From NCBI GenBank assembly GCA_963815095.1, contig CAWFFH010000003.1, positions 1,056,001 through 1,120,000 of the forward strand: DNA of 64,000 nt, in the 5' to 3' direction. Numbering within the stretch: the stretch's first letter is position 1; every line of letters begins with the position of its first letter. The position numbers and the translations under genes were made by a program. The notes beneath the pieces were generated by a model. The model was not told where the DNA came from, searched no databases, and saw nothing but the letters and a program-made list of their open reading frames with translations. Below are positions 47,722 through 58,246 of this stretch, piece by piece. This DNA is from Candidatus Bathyarchaeota archaeon. Lineage in GTDB: Archaea; Thermoproteota; Bathyarchaeia; Bathyarchaeales; Bathycorpusculaceae.

Positions 47722-48249
47722 GTGATTGTCAAAATGCCGTCGAAACCGCCTTCTGTATACGAGCTGATGGATGAAGAAAACAGTGCACAGGTTGATGAAG
47801 AAACTGAAAAACGGCAGCGACGCAAAGAACTCCTCGAACCCACAGGCGTTAAGGAACTTTTTAAAGAAGGCAAAATAGATATCAACAAATTTACCTGTGT
47901 GGGTGGCCAATGTCGACTATGCATCAAGGCTTGCCCAACTAACGCTTTGTACTGGAGCACAAGCGGAGTTGGCGTAACCGAAGACCTCTGCGTTTACTGT
48001 GGAGCCTGCGTTTTCAACTGCATGGTGAATGACTGCATAAAAATCGAACGCAAACGCGACGACGGCACAGTGGAGCGGTTTAGCAAGCCAAACGACGTTG
48101 TCAAACTTGCAGAAAGGCTCAACAGTCGGAAACGACTTGAGCGAGTCAGAACAAACGCTGCCACGATGAGGCGTTATAAAGAAAATGATTACGTTAAGAA
48201 ATATCGGAACTTTAGGCAACTTTACACTGAACAAGAAAACAAAATTTAG
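47722..48249 (+). CDS. 4Fe-4S dicluster ferredoxin-domain protein
   Basis: CVGGQCRLCIKACP and CVYCGACVFNC. Confidence 0.85.
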   Translation: MIVKMPSKPPSVYELMDEENSAQVDEETEKRQRRKELLEPTGVKELFKEGKIDINKFTCVGGQCRLCIKACPTNALYWSTSGVGVTEDLCVYCGACVFNCMVNDCIKIERKRDDGTVERFSKPNDVVKLAERLNSRKRLERVRTNAATMRRYKENDYVKKYRNFRQLYTEQENKI

Positions 48250-48332
48250 TGAATTCTTGGCTCAGAAAGTTAAAGGCAACAGGAATGCTGATAAGCAAAA
48301 ACACATACTAACAAAAACCAGAAGGCAACTGA

Positions 48333-49355
48333 ATGAGTAAAACTTACAATATAGCTACGCTCAAAGGCGACGGCATAGGACCCGAAGTTACCGAGGCAAC
48401 GGTGCAGGTCCTTGAGGCAATCCAAGCAAAATCCACATTCAAACTAAACTTTCTCTATGGGGAAGCAGGATACCACTGCATAGCCCAACATGGAACGAAC
48501 TTACCAAAAGAAACTATCGAGTTAATCAAGAAAACCGATGCGTGCCTCAAAGGACCCATGACCACACCTGAGGAAGCGGGAGCACCTGTAAGTGTCGCGG
48601 TTACGTTGCGGCGAATGTTCAACCTTTACGCGAATGTGCGTCCCTGCAAGAGTTTTCCAAGCGTTGAATCCCTCAAACCCAACATCGACTTAATCGTTGT
48701 AAGGGAGAACACAGAAGGGTTGTATTCGGGCGCTGAATCTCTTTTGGCTCCAGGAGTTGGAGTCGCACTGAGAATAATTACGCATGATGCATCACTGAAA
48801 ATCGCCGAATTCGCCTTCAAATTGGCATCTCAACGAAGAAAACACTTAACATACGTGCACAAAGGCAACATCCTACGGATAACCGACGGTATATTCAAAG
48901 ATGCCGTCAAAGAAGCCCAACAGAAATTTCCCGATGTTGAGGTTGACGACTTGCACATTGACGCGGCAACCATGCAATTAATCAAGAAACCCGAAGTCTA
49001 CGACGTAATGGTTACTACAAACCTTTTCGGAGACATCCTCAGCGACGAAGCAGCTCAAGTTACAGGCAGTTTAGGGTTGGCTGCGGGAGCAAACATTGGA
49101 GTGTCATATGGCATGTTTGAACCAGTCCACGGCTCCGCACCCAAATATGCTGGAATGAACAGGGTTAACCCAATCGCTACTATAATGGCTGGTGCAATGA
49201 TGCTTGATTACCTCGGAGAAAAGAAAGCTGCCGCAAAAATCGAAACCGCCGTAATTGCTGTGCTAAAAGAAGGCAAAGTTCGAACAGCAGACTTGGGCGG
49301 CGCTGCAACAACCAGCGAAATGGCAAACGCAATAGTGGCGAAACTAAAAGCTTAG
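48333..49355 (+). CDS. Isocitrate/homoisocitrate/isopropylmalate dehydrogenase family, second paralog
   Basis: [32 protein letters not shown]; substrate not assignable by eye. Confidence 0.85.
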   Translation: MSKTYNIATLKGDGIGPEVTEATVQVLEAIQAKSTFKLNFLYGEAGYHCIAQHGTNLPKETIELIKKTDACLKGPMTTPEEAGAPVSVAVTLRRMFNLYANVRPCKSFPSVESLKPNIDLIVVRENTEGLYSGAESLLAPGVGVALRIITHDASLKIAEFAFKLASQRRKHLTYVHKGNILRITDGIFKDAVKEAQQKFPDVEVDDLHIDAATMQLIKKPEVYDVMVTTNLFGDILSDEAAQVTGSLGLAAGANIGVSYGMFEPVHGSAPKYAGMNRVNPIATIMAGAMMLDYLGEKKAAAKIETAVIAVLKEGKVRTADLGGAATTSEMANAIVAKLKA

Positions 49356-50555
49356 TTTAACAATTGAAACCGCAGTTGCGGAGCGGGTAGACAACTCCAG
49401 TTTACCCCCAAACCCCTTCTTCACATAAACATTTTCCAAAACCACTCTATCCCCAATTTTCAAATCCTTCAAAGATTCAGCATGTTCCCTCCAAGCTGAA
49501 ACCCGAACAACGTTGTCGTTATCTTTTAAGTCGAAAACTGCGAGTTTGACGGTTTCGCCTTTGGACGTTGTGACTTCTTTGTTTTCACGCAACGCACAAA
49601 CGACGCCTTCAAGATTAACTATTTGATCTTCGGCTAAAGCCGCAATTTTTGTAAACTGTTTTGCGGCTGTTTGAAAGTCAATAAAGGTATTTGAGTCAAC
49701 ATGAACCTCCAAACCCCCGTTCTGCCCTTCTTTCACCCTTGCGTTAACCAGTAGCAAACATGCGTTAGCTTTTAGAGTGTTTTCAAGTTCGGCAGCTTTT
49801 TCGTTCCAAAAAACTACTGTGACTTGACCTGTCTCGTCTGCTAAAGTTAATCGAGTGATCGTGCCGACACTTGTGTCGCTCTTGATGAAGGTGCTTTCGC
49901 CTAAAATCTCCTTTACTGCCCCGGAAATGTTCACGTTTCCTGACGTGATGATTAAAGTGTTGATTTTTGAAGTAAACTTTGCCAGAGAGGGATACTCGGC
50001 TGTTTTGTTATCGGGTTCTTGTTCAATTTGGCTTTTATTGCCCAGGTGTAGCTCGGTTTTTCCGTAACGGTCTTCGCGTGTGTAGCCATGAAGTAGCCTG
50101 ACCGTTTGTCCAGCTTTCAACTCTCCCCTCTCAACCAACTCTGCCTTTTCGTTCCACAATACCACCCGCAAAATTCCTTCCTTATCCAGAATCATTAAGG
50201 TAGCAAACTTGCCTGATTTTTCAGCGCCCTGAAAGGTTTTGGTCGGAAAAACCGCGATTAAACGACCTGCCACATTAACATCATATAACCCTGCAAACAA
50301 GCGGCTAGTTGAGAGTATTCCACAGTTTTGGATAGTGTTCTGTTGGACTTGGACGCCGAATTTAGCCGCAATTAACCGCAAAAGCGTTTCGTCACCCAGC
50401 AAACCACCTGTTTTGGACCTTTCAGCCTGTAGCTTTTCTAGGATTTGCTCTTGGCTGATCAAAGGTTTTTGTCGTTGGATTTCTTGAATTAGGTCTTGGG
50501 TAGTCATTTTGCGCCGACACGATAAAGAAGTGTTGGGGCTTTTAATTTTTTGCAT
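49344..50555 (-). CDS. Replication protein A / multi-OB-fold ssDNA-binding protein
   Basis: Three OB repeats (D.TG..RVVLW.EKA); start probably MTTQDL. Confidence 0.85.
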   Translation of the reverse strand: MQKIKSPNTSLSCRRKMTTQDLIQEIQRQKPLISQEQILEKLQAERSKTGGLLGDETLLRLIAAKFGVQVQQNTIQNCGILSTSRLFAGLYDVNVAGRLIAVFPTKTFQGAEKSGKFATLMILDKEGILRVVLWNEKAELVERGELKAGQTVRLLHGYTREDRYGKTELHLGNKSQIEQEPDNKTAEYPSLAKFTSKINTLIITSGNVNISGAVKEILGESTFIKSDTSVGTITRLTLADETGQVTVVFWNEKAAELENTLKANACLLLVNARVKEGQNGGLEVHVDSNTFIDFQTAAKQFTKIAALAEDQIVNLEGVVCALRENKEVTTSKGETVKLAVFDLKDNDNVVRVSAWREHAESLKDLKIGDRVVLENVYVKKGFGGKLELSTRSATAVSIVKLSF

Positions 50556-50626
50556 TTCTGAAGGTTTGTTCTTTATGTTTATTAAAACGCTGGTTCATTG
50601 TTAGTTTGGTCGCTGGAGGCTAATGC

Positions 50627-50887
50627 GTGGATCTTGCGGTTTTTTATGCACTTGGCATAGCATTGATCGTTGTCGGAATCATTCTTGCTGTTACAGCGAT
50701 TGTATTAGCTTCCATGAGTGGTGAAAAGAAAGGTAAGGTGCGAACTGCAGGAGTAATTATGATCGGGCCAATTCCAATAATTTTTGGAACCGACAAAAAA
50801 TCAGTTAAGACCGTTTTGACGCTTGCTTTAGTTCTGACTATTGTTGTCTTAATAATAATTATTGTGGACTATTGGTTGGCGAGGTAA
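50627..50887 (+). CDS. DUF131 (TIGR00304) membrane protein
   Basis: GVIMIGPIPIIFGTD. Confidence 0.85.
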   Translation: MDLAVFYALGIALIVVGIILAVTAIVLASMSGEKKGKVRTAGVIMIGPIPIIFGTDKKSVKTVLTLALVLTIVVLIIIIVDYWLAR

Positions 50888-50893
50888 CTTGGC

Positions 50894-51190
50894 ATGTTAA
50901 AAAATGAGGACTCGGAGGACGAAGGCATCGGATTATCTGGCAGGCTGCTGGGTTTACTGCTCTTAGGAATTACGTTGATTTTTGTTGGAATAGCAGTTTT
51001 CGTAGTTGCCTCAGTTGTTTTAGGCAACTCAGGAAATGTTGGCGGCGTAATTTTGATAGGACCAATTCCCATAGTTTTTGGGGCTGGAACTTTTTCAATC
51101 TGGCTAATAGTTGTGAGCGTAATTTTGACTGTGGTGAGTATAATCTTGTTTTTGATTATGAACAGGCGCAGTAAAAGGTTTAGCATTTAA
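50894..51190 (+). CDS. DUF131 membrane protein, tandem paralog
   Basis: GGVILIGPIPIVFG. Confidence 0.8.
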   Translation: MLKNEDSEDEGIGLSGRLLGLLLLGITLIFVGIAVFVVASVVLGNSGNVGGVILIGPIPIVFGAGTFSIWLIVVSVILTVVSIILFLIMNRRSKRFSI

Positions 51191-51203
51191 AAAGAGATTT
51201 TTA

Positions 51204-51323
51204 CTAGTTAGTTTGCTCTTCATCTTTGCTGTAGTAAGCATAGAGGAAGATGAGTAGTAGAGCAACAAACACTGAGGCCATTAAGAGGTACTGTAAGGTT
51301 TGGAAGTATGCGCCTAGATCCAT
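51204..51323 (-). CDS. Small single-TM protein, 39 aa
   Basis: Manual translation MDLGAYFQTLQYLLMASVFVALLLIFLYAYYSKDEEQTN; AAGGAG RBS. Confidence 0.55.
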   Translation of the reverse strand: MDLGAYFQTLQYLLMASVFVALLLIFLYAYYSKDEEQTN

Positions 51324-51371
51324 GCGAAGGTTCTCCTTGTGTATTTACCTATTGTTGTAGCGTCTACATAT

Positions 51372-51785
51372 TTAAGCAGTAGCTTTTTTCCACTCATTCA
51401 TCAACATCTCAAAGCACTCGTCATTTTCCTCAATCGTTTCAAACCAACTAAGGTTCGCCGCAATTTTCTGTGTCAAAAGGTGGTAGCACATGTGAACTTT
51501 TTTGTCGAGGACACGGAAGTAAAAGTCGTGGCAAGTGCAGAATTCCGCTTCTGGCATAATCAAATAGTCGCGCTCTCTGCCCACCACTATCCAGACGGTT
51601 CTGCCGCTGGGCTTGAAAATGTATTTTTTTACGCGTCCTTCTTTTAGGGCTTCGAGTGCTTTTGTGAATCTGGACCCAAAAAGCTCATAGAGCTCCGTCA
51701 GATCTTCGCCGGACAGTTTGCCTGCTGTTTTCGCCTCTCGGCAAATAGCGTTTAACGTATCTATTTCCGTGTTGTCGTTAGTCAT
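51372..51785 (-). CDS. SWIM zinc-finger protein
   Basis: FCTCHDF...CYHL; WIVVG..RDY. Confidence 0.85.
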   Translation of the reverse strand: MTNDNTEIDTLNAICREAKTAGKLSGEDLTELYELFGSRFTKALEALKEGRVKKYIFKPSGRTVWIVVGRERDYLIMPEAEFCTCHDFYFRVLDKKVHMCYHLLTQKIAANLSWFETIEENDECFEMLMNEWKKATA

Positions 51786-51834
51786 GGCAATAGCTACTCT
51801 AAGGACTAAATGGGAAGGTGGAGTTTTTAGGCTT

Positions 51835-52431
51835 TTAGTCTATATCGATTGGTTCGCCTTTGGGCTTGGTTAAAACATCGGCTTTTGGCAGAACCACTTC
51901 TAATACACCGTTTTTGTAGGTTGAGTTTGCTTCTTTAATTCTTACTTTCACTGGCAAATCAGCTTCCTTGAAGTACTTGTATTGGGGAGTATCAACGGAA
52001 ATTGTGAGGGAATCTTCTGTGCCGTGGAGCTTTATGTCCGTTTTTTCTACTCCTGGAAGCTCTACAACTACATGGATGTCTTCATTGGTTTCCATAATGT
52101 CAACGAGCGGTTCCCGTTCATCCTTAACTTGAGGGGCACCCTTCAGGTCTTTTTTGATGTTCCCAAACTCTTGGATTTCAGGTTTGCCGTCTGAGCCTAT
52201 TTTCATGCTGTAACCATAAACGAATGGTCCCATTTCCTTGACTGTGCTGCCATCTGGTAGTTTGCGTTCTTTAACATATTCCTTGGGAACTTTTTCTGTG
52301 AAGTTTTTAAGTTCTTCATCCATCATTTTTTCCATTTCACGGAACATGTCGTCTATGTTGCTGAAAGGGTCCTTGGATGGGTTGCGGCGTTTTTTGAACC
52401 ATTCCGGAGTATCCTCGTTATCTGAAGACAT
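51835..52431 (-). CDS. hsp20: Archaeal small heat shock protein Hsp20
   Basis: GPFVYGYS...G.DGKP...EFGN, REPLVD, ELPGV.K.DI, YKNGVLEV. Confidence 0.93.
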   Translation of the reverse strand: MSSDNEDTPEWFKKRRNPSKDPFSNIDDMFREMEKMMDEELKNFTEKVPKEYVKERKLPDGSTVKEMGPFVYGYSMKIGSDGKPEIQEFGNIKKDLKGAPQVKDEREPLVDIMETNEDIHVVVELPGVEKTDIKLHGTEDSLTISVDTPQYKYFKEADLPVKVRIKEANSTYKNGVLEVVLPKADVLTKPKGEPIDID

Positions 52432-52786
52432 ACAGTCACCGTCTTAAAGGTGGGTTTTCAATCCAATAAATTTATTGTAACAAAACTTATCAATTAGATG
52501 AAAGCCAAAGGGTTTTGAACTTGTTTTTTTTTAAGAAGCCTTTCGATTGTTTTTGATATTTTAATTGCTTCAAAGCCATCAATTTAAAACTTATACGTTA
52601 GGTTTCACCATGGAATTTCGACATAAATTTGTTTTCTCTCTTTTTGTTGTTGCTACGCGAACCCACATAGATATATTAGCGTTCTTGAGAGAAAATTAAA
52701 TAGGCGAGCCAAAATTCTTTAGTTATTTTTGCGTATGAATTTTTCCGGGCTTGCATTTAGGTTAAACTAAGTTTGGTGACTTAAAA

Positions 52787-52909
52787 TTGACTCAAATGAA
52801 AGTTGCAGTTAAGCAAACCTACGATCCTGTTGATGAAATCATGTTTGAAGCTGCATTAGTGGCTAATGCGAAAGAAACAAAAACCAAACAAAAAGAATAC
52901 ATCAGTTGA
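52787..52909 (+). CDS. Small hypothetical protein, 40 aa
   Basis: Manual translation MTQMKVAVKQTYDPVDEIMFEAALVANAKETKTKQKEYIS; GGTGA RBS. Confidence 0.45.
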   Translation: MTQMKVAVKQTYDPVDEIMFEAALVANAKETKTKQKEYIS

Positions 52910-53013
52910 TCTGAGAAAAATTTTTGCCAATAACAATTTTACGATTACCAAGTTTAGGGCGGCATGACTTTCTCAGAAACAATTTTACAGATAGTTGGTT
53001 TTTTGCAGCCTCT

Positions 53014-53310
53014 TCAAACTTCGAATTCCCATAACCACAATGAAGTGATTAACACGAATGCCACCCAAATCGATACAATCAATGTACGAAAACGTTTAAT
53101 CTTAAATCCAGAATTTGAGGTTGCCAAAGTTAGTTTGGCTGTTCTCGTGAACAACGTAAAGGTTGGAAAAGGTGTGAGGGCGTCTACGAGGATGCTTGTT
53201 TGTTTATCCAAATAATAAGTAGTTTCGTGAGTGCTAGCTGACACTATGGTTCGCACTTTTCCGCTGACTTGTAGTTGCCATGTGATTGTAAGGGTTATGT
53301 GACCATATAT
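53014..53310 (-). pseudogene. Decayed fragment of a secreted/TM protein gene
   Basis: TTYYLDKQTSILV followed by a TM-like end; the upstream frame is broken by stops. Confidence 0.3.
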
Positions 53311-53565
53311 TTACGATAGAATTGGTCCTCGATATTGAGATTTACGGATGAAGAAGCATAGAAAAGTTTTGAACTATAGTATTTGTGTTTCATCTAAAAT
53401 CAATGCCCAGTTTGGGTTGAATTAAAGTTACTGTTTGCAATAGAAAATTGGTAAGTTGCTTTTTCTAAAGCTTCATTGGTTGCAGAAACGTATTATGATT
53501 CCTTAAAGGTTTAAATGAAGGAAAACAAACTAAAAAGACACGGCTAGAAAAAAACTGTGGTAATT

Positions 53566-53673
53566 GCCGGGGTAGCCTAGCCTGGCTAGGGCGCCAGACT
53601 CATAATCTGGAGAGTCAAAGGGCCAAGCGCCTTAACCCAGAAGTCGCGGGCTCGAATCCCGCCCCCGGCACCA
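53566..53673 (+). tRNA. tRNA-Met(CAT), elongator type, with a 30-nt intron at 45/46 (53613-53642) and encoded CCA
   Basis: GCCGGGG/CCCCGGC acceptor stem, CCAGA-CTCATAA-TCTGG anticodon arm, GCGGG-CTCGAAT-CCCGC T-arm; removing the intron restores variable loop AGGTC. Confidence 0.9.
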
Positions 53674-53721
53674 CTTTTTAAATAGGCTTTATCATATTTG
53701 TGGCAAGTTGGTTTGAATTCG

Positions 53722-55350
53722 ATGGTTGCTGAAGATAAGCCTTGGTTCAAATTTTGGCCTGCTGATGTACCAAAGAGCATAAAATATCCTGCAATACCTC
53801 TTCATGCGCTCTTGCAAGCGACCGCAGAAAAATACCCTCAAAAGTTTGCTTTAGCGTACAGTGGCAACAAAATTGATTATTCGCATCTGGATATGTTTTC
53901 AAACCAGTTTGCCCATGCTTTAGAAAAATTGGAAATAACCAAAGGCGACCGCGTTGCGCTTTTTCTACCCAACATCCCCCAGTTTGTAATCGCGTATTTT
54001 GGGGTTCTTAAAGCAGGCGGGGTTGTTACAACGATTAGTCCTCTGCATCGGGGACGGGAAGTCGAGTACCAACTTAGCGATTCAGGCGCCCAAACCATAG
54101 TTGCTTTGGATTCGCTGTATCCCATTGTGGAGAAAGTTAGGGAAAAAACCAATCTAAAACAAATAATAATCACAGGTTTAGAAGATTATGGTTCCGAAAA
54201 TATCTCTTCTTCAAGCATTCCAAATACTTTGTTTTTCAAGCAATTACTGAAAAACATCCCTGTAGAAGATCCAAACGTTAAGATTAATCCATATGAAGAC
54301 TTAGCAGCACTCCAGTACACTGGTGGCACCACAGGAACAGCGAAAGGTGCAATGCTTACCCACGCAAACCTCGTTTCAAATGCTCTTGCATTTGCGGCTT
54401 GGATAAAAGGCGTCGCAACCCAAGAAACCTTCCTATCTGCATTGCCACTGTTCCACATATATGGAATGACAACAAGTATGACCGTACCCATCAGTTTAGC
54501 AGCAAATATGGTCTTAATGCCAAAATTTGAGCCAACAAAAGTTTTGGAAACCATACAAACACAAAAAGTTACAGTTTTCTGTGGCGTCCCAACTATGTAC
54601 TCAGCATTGCTTGTTAATCCGAACCTTGGTAAATATGACTTAACCTCGATTCGGGTTTGCATTTCGGGCGCTTCCTCTCTTGCTCCCCAAATCCAAAAGA
54701 AGTTCATGGAAGTTACAGGAGGCTTCCTTGCAGAAGGGTATGGCTTGACTGAGGCATCGCCGGTAACGCATTGTACTCCTGTGGATAAATCGATGCTGAC
54801 GGTCAGGGTTGGTTCAATTGGGTTCCCGCTGCCAGACACCGACGCCAAAATTATTGACTTAGAAACAGGGGAAAAAGTTCTTGCTGTAGGTGAAGCGGGA
54901 GAGTTAGCAGTGAAAGGATTGCAGGTTATGAAGGGGTACTGGCACAAGCTAGAGGAAACCGATTTGGTACTGCGGGACGGGTGGCTTTTAACAGGCGACA
55001 TAGCACACATGGATGATGACGGTTATTTCTACATTACAGACCGTAAAAAAGACCTAATCAAGACAAAAGACTACAGCGTCTACCCAAGAGAAATTGAAGA
55101 TCTTCTTTACGAGCATGCAGCCATAAAACTCTGCGCGGTCGTGGGCAAACCCGACCCATTGGCAGGTGAGGTTCCAAAAGCCTACATAGTGCTCAAAGAA
55201 GGCAGGAGAGCATCCGCCGAGGAAATAATGTTTTTCGTCAATGGCAAAGTGGCACCCTACAAGGCAATCCGTGAAGTCGAATTCAGAAAAGAACTGCCCA
55301 TCAGCTCAGCAGGCAAAGTCCTTAAGCGAATGCTCCAAGAAAAACCTTAA
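53722..55350 (+). CDS. fadD: Long-chain fatty acid--CoA ligase
   Basis: QYTGGTTGTAKG, EGYGLTE, TGDIA.MD.DGYF...DRKKD; start taken at ATG 53722. Confidence 0.9.
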   Translation: MVAEDKPWFKFWPADVPKSIKYPAIPLHALLQATAEKYPQKFALAYSGNKIDYSHLDMFSNQFAHALEKLEITKGDRVALFLPNIPQFVIAYFGVLKAGGVVTTISPLHRGREVEYQLSDSGAQTIVALDSLYPIVEKVREKTNLKQIIITGLEDYGSENISSSSIPNTLFFKQLLKNIPVEDPNVKINPYEDLAALQYTGGTTGTAKGAMLTHANLVSNALAFAAWIKGVATQETFLSALPLFHIYGMTTSMTVPISLAANMVLMPKFEPTKVLETIQTQKVTVFCGVPTMYSALLVNPNLGKYDLTSIRVCISGASSLAPQIQKKFMEVTGGFLAEGYGLTEASPVTHCTPVDKSMLTVRVGSIGFPLPDTDAKIIDLETGEKVLAVGEAGELAVKGLQVMKGYWHKLEETDLVLRDGWLLTGDIAHMDDDGYFYITDRKKDLIKTKDYSVYPREIEDLLYEHAAIKLCAVVGKPDPLAGEVPKAYIVLKEGRRASAEEIMFFVNGKVAPYKAIREVEFRKELPISSAGKVLKRMLQEKP

Positions 55351-55562
55351 CTGCTCTTTTTTCTCCTCCAAACTTTGAAGGCAACTTTTTCGCCTATCCA
55401 AGCAAAAAACAGTAAAACAAAAAATGGACCCAAAAAAAGCCCGAAAACAAAATCGTTGTTATTGGTTGCTGCTTTCCCCAAGATATCTGGATAGAGCATT
55501 ATGCCTGCTATGACTAAAACACTTGTCAAAACAAACGCCATAGCGAAGGTTAGAGCCTTCAT
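55347..55562 (-). CDS. Small two-TM membrane protein
   Basis: Two hydrophobic segments and a basic tail. Confidence 0.55.
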   Translation of the reverse strand: MKALTFAMAFVLTSVLVIAGIMLYPDILGKAATNNNDFVFGLFLGPFFVLLFFAWIGEKVAFKVWRRKKSS

Positions 55563-55671
55563 TTACCATCAAATATCTTCTGTTAAGCTTGTCTGTTTTA
55601 AATGTTGTCAAAAATTGCTTCGAAATGTATAAGAGAAAACCTCGAGCATGAATTAGGTTAAGGCTTCGTCT

Positions 55672-57954
55672 TTGCGTGTAAAAGTTGCTGTCTCAGGTAT
55701 TGTTCAAGGTGTAGGTTTCCGCCCATTCATCTATCGGTTAGCGGTGCGAAACGGCTTGGCAGGGTATGTCCGAAATAGAGGGGATGCTGGGGTAGAAATC
55801 CTACTTGAGGGCAGCCAGACGGACATAAAGTGTTTTATGCGTGATTTAAAGGTGGAGAAGCCGCAGTTAGCCTCCATCTATGATATTAAATCAACCGAGC
55901 TTTCGGGAAGAAAAGAATACCAAAACTTCACAATTTACAAGAGTTCCACTGAGGCAGAGTCTTCCGGTTCAATCATACCTCCTGACATCGCCATTTGCAA
56001 TCAATGCCTCAAAGAACTCCGTGACCCCAAAGACTCCCGCTACGAATACTTTTTTATAACTTGCACCGACTGCGGGCCACGCTTCACAATCATTGAGAAG
56101 CTCCCGTACGACCGGGAAAACACTACTATGAAAGAGTTTCCCCTGTGTGGTTTTTGCCTCAAAGAGTATGAGGACCCAGCGAACAGGCGTTTTCATGCAC
56201 AAACCGTAGCGTGCCCAACCTGCGGACCCAAAGCATATTTGACAACAAAAAAGGGTGAAATAATCCACACCAAGGACCCTGTGAGGGAAGCTGGGAAACT
56301 GCTCTCGGAAGGCAATATCCTTGCGGTGAAAGGGTACGGTGGTTTCCATATTGCAGCTTCAACATTGATAGAGAAGCCTCTGCAAACCCTCCGTGCAACC
56401 AAGCATAGACGCGAGAAACCTTTTGCTATCATGGCAAGAAGTCTTGAAGCAACAATGGGGTTCGCCGAAGTGGGTTCAAAGGAAAAAGAACTGCTGCTTT
56501 CCCCTTCACGCCCAGTGGTGCTGTTAAACAAAAGTCTCAGTTACAACCTTTCGCCACAGGTGGCGCCTCACCTGCATAACGTGGGCGTAATGCTACCTTA
56601 CACGGGCCTACACTATATGCTCTTCGACCAAGTCAACGACCCAGCATACGTAATGACCAGCGCCAACCCGCCAAACCAACCCATCGTGAGGGACAATGTA
56701 CAAGCGCTCAAAGCATTGGGCAACACTGTTGATTATTTCCTGTTTCATAATCGCGAGATTGCGCATCGCTGTGACGATTCAGTACTGCGTGTCCATGGCG
56801 ACTACCAAGTGTTCCTTAGACGAAGCCGAGGTTACGCTCCTGCACCAATAAGGCTTAAACAAAAATCCAAACGCTGCGTTGTCGCCTTAGGCGGCGAACT
56901 TAACAATACTTCCTGTGTTCTGTTGGATGATAAAGCTTTTATCAGCCAGTATATCGGCGATGTCGAAAACGTTGAAACTCGCAGCTTCCTACAAGAAGCA
57001 ACTAATCATCTTCAGCTTTTGACCAACTGTAAGAGCGAGATGGTTGCTTGCGATTTGCATCCCAAGTTCACCACAACCAACTTGGCTAAGGCGATGGCTG
57101 AGGCTAATGGTTCGTTGGTGGTTCAAGTCCAGCATCACCATGCTCATGCGGCAGCTTTGATGGCGGAACACAGTTTGGATGAAGCGGTCAGCATTGTTTG
57201 CGATGGTTACGGCTACGGCACGGATGGTGAAGCGTGGGGTGGTGAGGTCCTTTTCTGTGCGCATAAATCAGCCGAGTTCAAAAGGCTTGGGCATTTGAAG
57301 ACTCAACCTTTGCTGGGCGGCGACTTAGCGAGTCGATATCCCGTGCGTGTGGCGGTTGGGATGCTTGGCAAGGTAGGAGTAAACGTTGAAGAATGGCTCT
57401 CAAAGAACAACCAGCATTTGCCTTATGGCGAGCCCGAAGCCAAACTTATACTAAGCCAACTCCAAAAAGGTGTAGGTATCATTGAGACTACGAGTTGCGG
57501 GCGAGTTTTGGATGCGATTGCCGTAGTTTTAGGAGTTTGTTTTGAGCGAACATACGAGGGAGAATTAGCAATGAAACTAGAATCTACAGCTTTAGCTGGC
57601 ACGGACCTTTTGAAGCTAGAACCTCAACTACAAGGAGATGTTTTGGATACTTCTTACCTGATTGGTTCAATTTATGACAGTTTGGGCACGGTTTCTGCTG
57701 CAGATTTAGCTTATTCTGCCCACGTTTACCTTGCCAAAGGCTTAGGGCAACTGGCAATTCAGGCTGCAAATGAGAAAAACTTGAAGAATGTGGGTTTTTC
57801 AGGCGGCGCCGCGTGCAACCAAATCCTTGCCCATCTCATGCGCGAAACTGTTGAATCTGCTGGTTTGAGGTTCTTTGTCCACAAATCTGTCCCCGCTGGA
57901 GACGGCGGAATCTCGTTTGGTCAAGCAGTTGTCGCTGGGTTTTCGAAGTTTTAG
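55672..57954 (+). CDS. hypF: Hydrogenase maturation carbamoyltransferase
   Basis: GIVQGVGFRPF acylphosphatase domain, two zinc fingers, QHHHAH, GDGGIS.GQ. Confidence 0.95.
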   Translation: MRVKVAVSGIVQGVGFRPFIYRLAVRNGLAGYVRNRGDAGVEILLEGSQTDIKCFMRDLKVEKPQLASIYDIKSTELSGRKEYQNFTIYKSSTEAESSGSIIPPDIAICNQCLKELRDPKDSRYEYFFITCTDCGPRFTIIEKLPYDRENTTMKEFPLCGFCLKEYEDPANRRFHAQTVACPTCGPKAYLTTKKGEIIHTKDPVREAGKLLSEGNILAVKGYGGFHIAASTLIEKPLQTLRATKHRREKPFAIMARSLEATMGFAEVGSKEKELLLSPSRPVVLLNKSLSYNLSPQVAPHLHNVGVMLPYTGLHYMLFDQVNDPAYVMTSANPPNQPIVRDNVQALKALGNTVDYFLFHNREIAHRCDDSVLRVHGDYQVFLRRSRGYAPAPIRLKQKSKRCVVALGGELNNTSCVLLDDKAFISQYIGDVENVETRSFLQEATNHLQLLTNCKSEMVACDLHPKFTTTNLAKAMAEANGSLVVQVQHHHAHAAALMAEHSLDEAVSIVCDGYGYGTDGEAWGGEVLFCAHKSAEFKRLGHLKTQPLLGGDLASRYPVRVAVGMLGKVGVNVEEWLSKNNQHLPYGEPEAKLILSQLQKGVGIIETTSCGRVLDAIAVVLGVCFERTYEGELAMKLESTALAGTDLLKLEPQLQGDVLDTSYLIGSIYDSLGTVSAADLAYSAHVYLAKGLGQLAIQAANEKNLKNVGFSGGAACNQILAHLMRETVESAGLRFFVHKSVPAGDGGISFGQAVVAGFSKF

Positions 57955-58005
57955 ACCAATTTGTTTTTATCGCCCTTTACAGCCTCTTCTATTGACTGAT
58001 TAGTT

Positions 58006-58230
58006 ATGTGTTTAGCAATTCCAGCCAAAATAATGAGCCTTAATGGGGCAACAGCCCATGTGGATTTTGGTCAAGGCGTTTTACGCGACGTTAACGTGTC
58101 CTTAGTTGACGCTAAGGTAGGCGAGTACGTGTTGGTTCATGCAGGTTACGCGATTCAGGTTTTAGAGGAAAAGGAAGCCTTAGAGACACTGAGTCTTTGG
58201 GAAGACGTTTTAGCTGCTGCTGGAGAATAA
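58006..58230 (+). CDS. hypC: Hydrogenase chaperone HypC
   Basis: MCLAIPA, YVLVHAGYAI. Confidence 0.95.
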   Translation: MCLAIPAKIMSLNGATAHVDFGQGVLRDVNVSLVDAKVGEYVLVHAGYAIQVLEEKEALETLSLWEDVLAAAGE

Positions 58231-58246
58231 ACTGTAAGTTGAGAGC

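Noticed and set aside
53566-53673. Initiator tRNA, tRNA-Ile2 or long-variable-arm tRNA; tRNA as an integration site
   Set aside because: G1-C72 and the GCCGGGG acceptor fit elongator Met; the insert resolves as a BHB intron; I saw no duplicated tRNA 3' end or integrase in the window.
22570-55010. Long antisense ORFs in the track (e.g. 22570-23202, 25990-26709, 29506-30102, 34558-35166, 54186-55010)
   Set aside because: They are shadows of well-supported genes on the opposite strand and show no protein-family motifs.
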